Assembly: GCA_002633005.1 (NCBI GenBank)
Contig: NMRA01000107.1
Location: 425,694 to 471,902 of the forward strand
Source of the DNA: Phoronis australis
Lineage: Eukaryota > Animalia > Phoronida
Direction: 5' to 3'
DNA: 46,209 bases
A program made the position numbers and the translations under genes. Positions 36,180 to 46,209 of the stretch are shown here, in pieces. Each line of letters starts with the position of its first letter. Positions within the stretch are counted from its first letter, which is position 1. The notes under the pieces are model-generated. The model searched no databases. It saw only the letters and a program-made list of their open reading frames with translations, and was not told where the DNA came from.

Positions 36180-37092
36180 GCTAACTCCAGAAGAGGTCTT
36201 AGATAACAAGGTCCTTTCTGACGCTGAAATAGCACATCTAACAAAATGTTCCGAAGGACAGTCACATATTCGTTGGTATAGTACCAACAGCGTGCAGGAC
36301 GCATCACATCGTCGTCAATATACCAGGTCCTCCACACACTAACTTTGCCTTTCTACGTCTTTTTTGAAGGTTCCATGACGTATGGACCGCATGTACACTT
36401 TTAAACACACGTTTCGAGATGAGCACTTGGAATAAGGCAAGGAAAACTCTCTACAAAATGCCAATGTAGTACAAACAGCGACTACTGTTGTCTGATGTTG
36501 TTGTGATAGACAGTGTGACCTTGGCCAGTTGACTTGCTAACCAAGATGTACATGTACTTTTTCTTGGAGCAGGGAACTTATCTTTGCCACTTTCACGTCA
36601 ATCAAACGGCTTGTTGCACCAGGCTGTATTGCTTGTTTTTCCTCAGGCACGGGTGCACCACTCTCCACATCCCCCATAAAAACCTGGCTTCTGTCCGCCC
36701 ACTCATTTATCAGCTTTCTCTACTGACTTACTTCTACATGTAAAATTCAACGTTTGACAAGGTTTTTAAGTAAGATAAGCTTACACTAGCAAGTTGGAAG
36801 GCACCCAAAAGGTCCGACAGCATTCTGTACAGCTAGACGTTCTTTATAAATATATAACGAATTATTTGAGCTTCTGTGAATCTGCATTACTGTCAAAGAA
36901 ATTAACCTGATATAGATAACTCAGAGTTCTACACTTGTCTCTCACTCAAATGACAAATGGATTCTTGGGCTTGGGAACAATTGAGTTCATTGCAAGAGAC
37001 CAAAGGCAACTCATAAAATCACGTGACATAACAAGCCATCTTGTTGAGCTTGTGCCTAGACAATACTTTTTAGTTCTTTGAAAAGTCTTAAG
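36180..37092 (-). mobile_element. Decayed transposon-like relic; copy 2 (part of the tetraspanin cassette duplication)
   Basis: Colinear homology to 26369-27450, lacking the 150-bp MITE. Confidence 0.45.
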
Positions 37093-38460
37093 AGCACTGC
37101 TTATTGAGAACAAATTGGAATCAAATTTATATCGTAGTCTCAATAAAAAGTTTGATTTGAGACAGCAACAAGGATTGTTATTAATTACCTCATTATAATA
37201 AATGTCATTGATTTTCAGTCTGTGAATTGAACTCTTTCTTTTATTATGTTACACTGCCGAACAACTAAGGCCTACTTTAGGCATTTCAGTGTTGATCCTA
37301 AGGACCAAATTACGCTAACGCGCAGGTAGGATATACATACAGTTCTCAACAGCATAATAACATAAAACACACATACAAGATTAGATTGGATTGTATGACT
37401 AAAATACTTACATGCTCAAAACTACTAATCCAATTACTTAAATCACCCGGTGTTGAACACCTTGTTTTTCTAATACTACAGACATCGCTACTAAGGTCAC
37501 ATCGAAAGAAAAAATCATAAGCTGCTACAAATTAATTTTCATCTGAACTTTAAAGTGCTGCAAACGTCGGAGACGAGTGGTGTGGCAGAAGCCACCTGAA
37601 GGTTCTCAAGTTCTTTGAAATGAAGTCGGGATGATTAGGGTCATCATGCTTTCGGTCTAATGCCATCAGAATAATTTATCAGATGATAAAAACGTAGACA
37701 AATATTTTAAGAGCTGTTTAGTAATAAAGAGTTAATCCGCGAAACGGTTTTACATGGTCATGGACGTCGTATCCTTGCTGATGAACGATGGTTGAATAAC
37801 AATTAAACAAACACAAATATTTCATACCAGAAATTATTTTAAATTGACTTACCGGTTAGGAAGTGATCAGACCTCACGTATACACCTGTATGTACATGTA
37901 CGTTGTCTCCTTTATGTGCACCTACACTTTGCTATTATCTGGGCATGTTGGGTCAACACGCTTGCAGGCTCGCCCAAGCCCGTCTTCTGTCTTCCTCTAA
38001 AAGGAACCTAAGAAACTAAATCATCGTTTGTCACGATCGTCCATTAACATGTAATGATTGCGACTTGTGCCAACGCTGCAAGACATTGGCATTTTGAAGA
38101 AAACTTGCGAAAATATGCAAAGAAAAAAATTAGTAACGGGCACTGTCCACCATTGCTTCTCTGCCTGTTTTCCCTCGACTTCCGTTACTAGTCGAAAGTA
38201 CCCAGTTGTTCCCGTGAAAGAATGAAAACGGCGTCCACTCTGGTCAGCGTTCTCAAAAATCCATTTTTGCTGCGACGACTCAATCCCTATCCGTTTTCAA
38301 ATGAAATCGCCATCATGAAGATTATACGACCCGAGCAAAACGTGCTCGCTTTCAATAAAAAATATCGCGTGTAACTACAGCACACTCACGCGCTAATCGT
38401 CATAGAAAATTGCACAAAACGTGCTCACAAAAAGTAATCTCAGTAGAGCAATCTGTTACA

Positions 38461-39468
38461 ATGAGTCAGCGACCAAGCAAAAATGTGGCGATTCGAGTTG
38501 AACCACCTACAAGCCAAAAGAACTCAGGGAGCTTTATAAGCAAAAAACTTAAGTACTTCATGTTCTTCGCCAATTTTCTTTTTTGGCTTGTTGGCGCTTT
38601 AGTGATTGCAGTGGGCATCTATGCATTTCTGGAAAATAAGAGGTTCTCTGCAAGACAACCAGGAAAGTCAGTGGAAGGACTGTCGCCTGTTTTTGATATT
38701 ATACTCAACGCTGGTATTGTGCTCATTGCTGCTGGCTCCATCATCTTTATCTTTGCTTTCAGTGGATGTATTGGTGCTTTGAGAGAAAACAGATTTTTGT
38801 TGGAGTTTTTTGGAATTTCTCTTTCCATCCTATTCCTGGTTCAGTGCGGAGGGATGATTGCTATCTTTATATTTAGTGATGACGTGCAAGCATTTCTCAT
38901 TAAAAATTTAAAGGAGGAGGCAATACCTCGCTATAGAGAGAATCTAGATCTTCAGAACCTGATGGACTATATCCAAGAAACAATTGGGTGTTGTGGCATT
39001 GGAGATAAAGGTCCCGAAGACTGGTCGTTAAATATGTACTTCAACTGCAGCATAAAAAACCAGGAGCTCATCGTGAAAAATCCAGATTCGTGCGGTGTGC
39101 CCTCGTCTTGCTGCGTCGTTAAAACTGGAGAACTTAAAAATAACTTGTGTGGTAGAGGAATACAAACGATGACCGGCACAGAACGAGCTAAACTTGTATA
39201 CGACACTGGATGTCTCATCAAGGTAAAACAAGTAACAGCAGAAAATCGAAACGCATTCATTGTTATTGTTGTGTGTATGGCAGTTCCACAGATAATTGCC
39301 ATTGCTATGGGTTTCAGCTTGTCAAGCCAGATAAAGTTTCAAAGGGACAGCATGGCGCAGGCAGAAACTCTTCTAATGAATAGCGGAAAAGCAGAACAAC
39401 AAACTAGTGCGGACCGCTCTTCTGCCCAGTCCCGCTTGTCAAGAGTTAATCGAATGCGCAAACACTAA
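38461..39468 (+). CDS. Tetraspanin A', close paralogue of A with short C-terminal tail (335 aa), intronless
   Basis: About 42 substitutions and one 3-aa deletion versus A over ~325 aligned residues (hand count); all 8 Cys retained; an indel after SAQSRL shifts frame to TAA. Confidence 0.92.
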   Translation: MSQRPSKNVAIRVEPPTSQKNSGSFISKKLKYFMFFANFLFWLVGALVIAVGIYAFLENKRFSARQPGKSVEGLSPVFDIILNAGIVLIAAGSIIFIFAFSGCIGALRENRFLLEFFGISLSILFLVQCGGMIAIFIFSDDVQAFLIKNLKEEAIPRYRENLDLQNLMDYIQETIGCCGIGDKGPEDWSLNMYFNCSIKNQELIVKNPDSCGVPSSCCVVKTGELKNNLCGRGIQTMTGTERAKLVYDTGCLIKVKQVTAENRNAFIVIVVCMAVPQIIAIAMGFSLSSQIKFQRDSMAQAETLLMNSGKAEQQTSADRSSAQSRLSRVNRMRKH

Positions 39469-40123
39469 TTGATCAAAAGAGGCCAACTTTAACACCACCG
39501 ACTAGTGCACGGGCGAACGTGCTCCCATAAGACGTACGTTTGAAAATGAGCCCTAAGCCTCAAGATGTCAAAAGATCATTCAACTTGTCAACTGGTAATG
39601 CGTTAAAAATTGATAAGAACAAACGATACAAGAGCACCAATAATTAGAACATAGATACAAGTACCTGTGTCTGGCGTCGCGAAAATCGAGTATTCTTTCA
39701 AAAATTTTAATAAACGCATTCTTGAGGCCACAAAAATTTCGCGCATACACGCTACCCTGACATAACGGAACCGTAAAGTGGCAGAAAATTACAGGAGGTA
39801 TTGTGCTCAATCGACAAAGCAATACTGATAGGTGTATCTTCATCTGCCAAATCTCATAATTATGGAGTCACATTCATGTAATGGACTTTTAATCAGTGTG
39901 TTCTTTTCTCGAAACGTGTTCTTGTTTGGAATGAAGACTGCGAAATCGTGGAGAGGGTGGTATAACAAACAAAACCACGATCCTACTTTTATGCGGACTG
40001 CCTAACTCTACTAACAACATGTTTGTCAATATACACGACCGCATGAGTTATCTTACGTGATGTTGCTTTGCAATACTTATACATGTACACTGTACCGAGA
40101 GTGGCGTAGGTATTATAGATTAT

Positions 40124-40278
40124 CATGGGCGGCGCAGCACTGAAAAAAGTGGGGGTTTAAAGCCCCAAGCCCCCCTGTGGTGCATTTCCCATAGACCATG
40201 GGCGATGCAGCACTGAAAAAATATGGGCTATAGCTACCCCCCCCCCCCTCCCTAGCCCCCTATGGTGCGCTGCCCATG
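40124..40278. mobile_element. CATGGGCGG-terminus MITE (dimeric/tandem)
   Basis: TIRs CATGGGCGGCGCA / TGCGCTGCCCATG; internal second head CATGGGCGATGCAGCAC; absent from homologous 29650-29700. Confidence 0.7.
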
Positions 40279-40773
40279 GTTATCCCATACACCAAGGAAT
40301 ACGAATATCCCACGAGACCTTTTCCGCGTATTGACTGAGGCGCCAATCCTGGTACGTTTTGTATTTATCCCATACGCTTCGAATTCTTAAATTTCTTTCA
40401 CTTTTTGGGCAGATTTTTTAAATACTTCACATAGATTTTTTCACGTGGCGGAACACGCCCTATAATAACTATGTGCTCATTAGTGCGCGCCAGGTTACAA
40501 GTTTTCTCTGGTGAAAGAAACAGTTTAAACGTAACGACTTGTTACTGAGAAAGAGATATACACAGTTGAAAACAACGGTAATTGTGTATTGAACTTGTAA
40601 CACATCCTGAAAAATAATTAAACAACAGCATTTAACCTTGTAGTTACCGAGCAATCAGAGCCTGTGTTGCAGACATATATTTATAAATTTTGAGACTGGA
40701 GTGTCATGTAATTAACAACTTTGTACCAAATGTTACGTTTGGGACCTGATTGCATGTTGGGTGCTATTTATAC

Positions 40774-41299
40774 NNNNNNNNNNNNNNNNNNNNNNNNNNN
40801 NNNNNNNNNNNNNNNNNNNNNNNNNNNNNNNNNNNNNNNNNNNNNNNNNNNNNNNNNNNNNNNNNNNNNNNNNNNNNNNNNNNNNNNNNNNNNNNNNNNN
40901 NNNNNNNNNNNNNNNNNNNNNNNNNNNNNNNNNNNNNNNNNNNNNNNNNNNNNNNNNNNNNNNNNNNNNNNNNNNNNNNNNNNNNNNNNNNNNNNNNNNN
41001 NNNNNNNNNNNNNNNNNNNNNNNNNNNNNNNNNNNNNNNNNNNNNNNNNNNNNNNNNNNNNNNNNNNNNNNNNNNNNNNNNNNNNNNNNNNNNNNNNNNN
41101 NNNNNNNNNNNNNNNNNNNNNNNNNNNNNNNNNNNNNNNNNNNNNNNNNNNNNNNNNNNNNNNNNNNNNNNNNNNNNNNNNNNNNNNNNNNNNNNNNNNN
41201 NNNNNNNNNNNNNNNNNNNNNNNNNNNNNNNNNNNNNNNNNNNNNNNNNNNNNNNNNNNNNNNNNNNNNNNNNNNNNNNNNNNNNNNNNNNNNNNNNNN
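40774..41299. other. Assembly gap (526 N)
   Basis: Run of N. Confidence 1.
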
Positions 41300-41513
41300 T
41301 TTTCTTGAATAATACTTCAGGAATCAAGGAAAATGCTTGATTTTTAGAGGTAAAAACAGAAAAATTTCCTGGGCGGGAGGGGGGCAAACCCCCCTCCCGA
41401 CCTCCCCCCATTCGGTGCTATGCGCATCTACAATCGTGGTTCAGTTTCCGCAAATTCTTACAGCCGGAAAAAAATTTGGGCCCCCCCCTTGTGATATCCT
41501 AGATCCGCCACTG
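41300..41513. mobile_element. End of non-autonomous DNA element with CAGTGGCGGATCTAG terminus
   Basis: Ends CTAGATCCGCCACTG, with G/C-run-rich interior; interrupts the tetraspanin B' relic. Confidence 0.6.
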
Positions 41514-41520
41514 TAAACCA

Positions 41521-41745
41521 TTGGAGTTATTTGACGAAGCTGTTGGAGGCTTTCTTGAGGAGCGAGATCAAGCTTTCAATTCTTTCATGCGAACAGTTGA
41601 GCATTGAATATGAAGGATGAACTTAACAAGATTTCAAGAATGTCCCGCTTACGTGATCAGCCTCACTGTGGTGCAGTTTGCACCAAATCTTGAATATATT
41701 AAATTATATTGTTTATTGTTGATGCAACGTATTTTAGAAACAATT
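41521..41745 (+). pseudogene. 3' relic of a second tetraspanin B copy (B')
   Basis: LELFDEAVGGFLEERDQAFNSFMRTVEH* (41521-41607) aligns with the B C-terminus; 3' flank homology to ~35040-35190. Confidence 0.8.
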
Positions 41746-42412
41746 CAGTCAGTTTCTATCTAAAGCCTCTGGTCAAAGTAAAAACAATGGGTTTCCTCGA
41801 CGAAGACAGTTGGCGCCACCCTCTAAACATAGCAAGCTCAGCTTCCGATTAATGTACAGTGCCGGGAAATTCTTCGACATTTTCTACTGTCTAGTCCAGC
41901 AAAAAATAATTTCGGCATTGAAACGCTGTTCAAGGTCTTCCAACAGTTACAGTAGAGTCCAGAAATTTTGAGCGTCACTGGCGTGCATTCGAGCTGTAAA
42001 CGAAACGGCCCGTGGAGTATGTAAACTGCTCTTGAAGTGCGTGATTGGTTTTTGAGAAGGCCTGGTAGTTATTTCTGGAGTATTAATTTGCGCTTTATTT
42101 AAGAAGTTAACGTTTTACGAGCGTTCAATTTATTTAAACATGGATGTGAGTTGGGCAAAATCGACGATTGAAATCCCGACGAAATGACCATCATTAGCAG
42201 ACGACGTACTTGCCGGAAGTAAAGCGTGCTATGTCAACCAGTTGTCGCTAGTGAACAATGACGCCACGGCTTATGCGTAAGATGACAGACTTCGTCCATT
42301 GAATATATATGTACCATAATAGTCTATGATCTGATGCATGAGATCGCAAATAGCGAAATCTGACGTTCGACGGCATGGACGATGAGTGATATTCCACACT
42401 AAGTTAGTTAAT

Positions 42413-42565
42413 ATATACACAAAACGTACCGAGAGTGGCGTACATGAAGTAATATCCCACGAGACATTATTCCGCTTATCCACCTCGACCTTCGGTCTCT
42501 ATGCCGAATAAGGTCGAGTGGGATATTACTTCGTGTACGCCAATCGAGGTACGTTTTGTATTTAT
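42413..42565. repeat. ~150-bp imperfect palindrome (hairpin element) heading a ~550-bp repeat also at 40091-40773 and partly at 29630-29765
   Basis: ACAAAACGTACCGAGAGTGGCGTACATGAAGTAATATCCCA is nearly the reverse complement of TGGGATATTACTTCGTGTACGCCAATCGAGGTACGTTTTGT. Confidence 0.8.
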
Positions 42566-43227
42566 CCCATGCGCTTCGAATTCCTAAGTTTCTTACATTT
42601 TTTGGCAGATTTTTCAAATACTTCACCCAGACTATTCACATGGCGGATCACATCCTATGTATGTACTTGCGCGTAAGGTTGCAAATTTTCTCTTGAAAAA
42701 GAAACAGTTTTAAAAGTAACGATTTATTTCTTGAAAAGAGGTAGCAAAGATAAAAACAACGGGAACTGAGCAGTGAACTTGTAACATGTCCTGGAAATAG
42801 TTAAAAAACAACAACTTTTGATATTTTAATTTTCTAGGAATTGGCGCCCGAGTTGCAGACGATATAGTATTCGGCAATTGAAAATTGAGAGAAAGTGTCC
42901 TAAAATTAACAGTTTTGTTCGAGATTTCACGTTTAGGGCCTGGTTGCATGTCGAGTGTTAGTTACACTGTTGCAACTGCATTACTGACTATTATCGGAAA
43001 GTTTGATGATCGAACCGGCTGAAGACGTCGAGTCGACATTGGCCTACCTTTTGGACTTTCCATGTCAGAGGTCGCTGTTGAAGTAGTGCGGGAGGTGAGT
43101 AGGAAAACTTTTATTACATGGCCGTATTTCCCTCGACAGATTCAACGCGCGTGGGATAATACACTATATCAGAAGTTGGTGTAAGCCTACAACGCCGGTT
43201 TCAGGCAGACAGTGGACAAAAATGCCG

Positions 43228-43428
43228 TATAGACCTTATTCACGCAGTCGCCATTTTAGCAGTGAGCCTCCGTTTAGATTTAAAAAACAATCCATTTGAT
43301 ACATGAATATTAACGAAGCATGCGAAAAAATCACACTTTGCGATGTATTTAAGCGCAGAAAGCATTTCTTTTCAACACCTAACAAGAGGCTCACTTTTAA
43401 AATGGCGACTGCATGAATAGGGTGTATA
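43228..43428. mobile_element. 200-bp MITE with ~40-bp TIRs
   Basis: TATAGACCTTATTCACGCAGTCGCCATTTTAGCAGTGAGCCTC ... GAGGCTCACTTTTAAAATGGCGACTGCATGAATAGGGTGTATA. Confidence 0.85.
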
Positions 43429-44440
43429 TCAATCGGTTCGAATCATTGTTTTCCATAACTTATGACGGATAAAACACCGAACACTTTGCGTCCTTCGTCA
43501 CACGTTCACGCAATCAACACTTTCCAAGGTCACCAAAATCAACTGATGCCACACTTTGGTAACAAATATGAACAAAATCAAAAGCTCCGTTCTTGAGATA
43601 CACCATCAACATTTTCAAAAGTCAATCATAGTTTTCTGGCTGTGACCTTGGGAAAGAGGTAAAATGAATTCTGATACGCTGTGACCTTAAATATGAGGTC
43701 TAGTTCACCAAAATTGTGTAGCACCTGGATTTGCCTCGCTTACAGCTTGGTTCACCATGTAAACAAAATCTCAATCTTTGTTTTCTAGATATGTCAACTT
43801 TTCCCCCAAGGCATACTTTAATTTTCTAACAGTGACTTTGAAAAAAAATGACAGTGGACACATGAATGTCATGGTGCAATAGGACATGCAACCAAACGCC
43901 ACATAACTAAACATATTAGAATACATTAACACTAATTCTCACTTCATACTTAAAAAGAAAAAAAAATAGTTTAATAAATACTAAAACGATACTGTGTCAT
44001 CTTTTTGAATCAAGTTTGCCGATTTTACTCGTGTATTCCTCAGAATAATAATAGTCTGACTCCACTTTAGTCCCCGCTGATGACAGCTGCACATATAAGT
44101 CACCATTTTGTTCATACACCCCATGAGTCCTCTGCTTAACACCTTTCAATTTCCAACATGGTGGGATTTTGGGAGTATTGATATCGAATGCCTGAAATTC
44201 ATTACAAAAGTCTTAATAGTTTGCAATGTATAACAAAGAGAGTTCAGTCAGAGCATTCTCAAAGTCCAAAAGAAAACAGCACATGGCCATTGTACTTACT
44301 AAATGGATAAAAAATAAATACAACAACGAACAGTAGATGCAATGGGAAGTATAGTCCCGGCAGTTTAATTAAGTTTTGCCCAACATGTGGGCCAAACGGT
44401 CTTTGAAAAGTTCATCAGCAATATCAGTGTAGGGGCGATT

Positions 44441-44871
<431 letters not shown>

Positions 44872-45818
44872 TCACAAGGAGTGTCATTATTACATGGCCA
44901 TGTACTCAAAGGGCACCAGCAGTTCGTTGATGCATACGTAAAACATTGATCACCGAAAAATGTCCATTTACGAAACGTTTTAAAAGCCTTGGACATGCAC
45001 GGCTGACAGGAACGACGACGTCTCTCATTCAAATTCTTGTACTTGACTTCGTGTCATGAATGTAGTCACAAATATTCACCAGGGAGGCCGTGGGGCCCAT
45101 CATGATTGATCGACTCCACGAAAATAGTTACTTTTTGCAAGGAATTGGGACACGGTCCACTTATTGACTCTCTGTCTACATCTGGGAGTACGAAACTGGC
45201 ATGTGCCGTTTTTCAAATATTTTTGTTAGTTCTAAAAATCAATGCCAAACATTCGACTAATAACAAAAGAAATACAATGACTCACGATAACATTTATTGT
45301 CCAGGGCAAAGAAATTATCCTTGTGATGAAACACAATGATCTCCCTTCCATGGACTGATATGTGGAGACGTCCCGCTGCCTTGAGTCTGGACACAGGACA
45401 CACTTTTACGGGAGTCTGAAATGTTACAGTTTAAAATGAATGAGACAATGGACAAAAAATGGTGAAGGAAGATGAAAGATGAAAGACGGAGATAAAACTG
45501 GGACCCGTGGGGTTCTTTAGCAGAATGGTTTAGTAGGGAGGAGTCATTTCGACTATCGTCTCAGAGAAGTAGATGTCGTTGCTGCCATGCACTCTGAAGT
45601 GTTCAACTGGGGGGATGTCACCTTGAAAGTTATGACAAGGTCACCAAACTTTAGTGGCAACTGGAGATGCCTCACGTATACCTAAGAGCAAAATATGAAC
45701 ACACTCCAAACCACCAAGTGCTGTGCTACCTTTGTTTTTAAAAATTAAAACAACTTTTTACATTTTGGGTACCTCTCTCAGCAGTTCCGGGGTGTTTGAA
45801 TCAATTCAAACCCTTTGT

Positions 45819-45913
45819 CACGGGTGGTGGCAGCACGGAAAAAAGTGGGGGGCTATAGCCCCCAGCCTCCCTGTGGTGAACCGCCTCAGCCCCCCAATGG
45901 TGCGCCGCCCATG
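45819..45913. mobile_element. CATGGGCGG-terminus MITE
   Basis: CACGGGTGGTGGCAGCAC...GGTGCGCCGCCCATG; same family as 40124-40278. Confidence 0.65.
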
Positions 45914-46209
45914 TTTGCATGCTTTTGTGTAACTACAAATCGTGTCATGTTAAGAGGAGCCACGGTTGGATGGGTACCCTCCATGTTGAAAACGACAGTC
46001 ACATTTTTAGTATTTTGCTGATTCACAAAAAGTTTTGAAATTGTTAGTTTAAATCACCATGATAATCACTGCAATTCTCTTTAATACAAACATAAAGTTA
46101 AGTATTGGTTCCTGTAACCAGCTTGATGTTATAAGGAGGCTAGGTTTCATAGGCGGATTTAGGGTGCCCCCCTCTTGGCTGCCGCAAGCAAAATGAAACA
46201 GCGACAGCG

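Noticed and set aside
38461-39468. Tetraspanin A' as merely the other allele of A (assembly artefact)
   Set aside because: About 13% amino-acid divergence, more diverged flanks and multiple copy-specific insertions, with contiguous sequence between the copies.
40721-41411. Four long ORFs in the ORF track
   Set aside because: Artefacts of translating the N gap.
43010-43050. Hammerhead ribozyme-like CTGAAGA core
   Set aside because: The required GAAA is absent (GACA) and flanking stems are not evident; none found near the Penelope fragment either.
43525-43850. Clustered TGACCT/AGGTCA motifs as nuclear-receptor response elements (also ~45615-45650)
   Set aside because: The same motif context recurs at two places and looks like a decayed interspersed repeat; no evidence of regulatory function from sequence alone.

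Overview
Eukaryotic (animal, probably marine invertebrate) genomic DNA with introns and many transposon relics; no prokaryotic operons, CRISPR arrays or rRNA. Recognisable genes: (1) a + strand terminal coding exon for a coiled-coil protein ending in a CHORD/REXO1-like Cys/His zinc-binding motif (4133-4939); (2) a complete 5-exon calcyphosin-like EF-hand gene on the - strand (17009-24583, 208 aa, assembled by hand from GT-AG sites); (3) a tandemly duplicated cassette of intronless 8-cysteine (TspanC8-type) tetraspanins: A (27679-29190, tail with five 25-aa basic repeats), B (33811-35031, divergent, ends in ETEL), A' (38461-39468, tail lost by frameshift) and a 3' relic of B' (41521-41745) next to a 526-N gap; (4) probably the last two exons of an unidentified - strand gene near 44.4-44.8 kb. 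Mobile DNA includes two 5'-truncated RTE-X-like LINEs, a decayed DD35D pogo-superfamily transposon with a PHD-like finger, a Penelope GIY-YIG fragment, a THAP fragment, piggyBac- and Harbinger-type non-autonomous elements, tRNA-derived SINE heads and several MITEs. A ~2.1-kb near-identical duplication (9.1-14.7 kb) may be an uncollapsed haplotype. The best novelty candidate is the intronless tetraspanin array, with conserved cores and rapidly remodelled cytoplasmic tails. All calls are by eye; no database searches were run.
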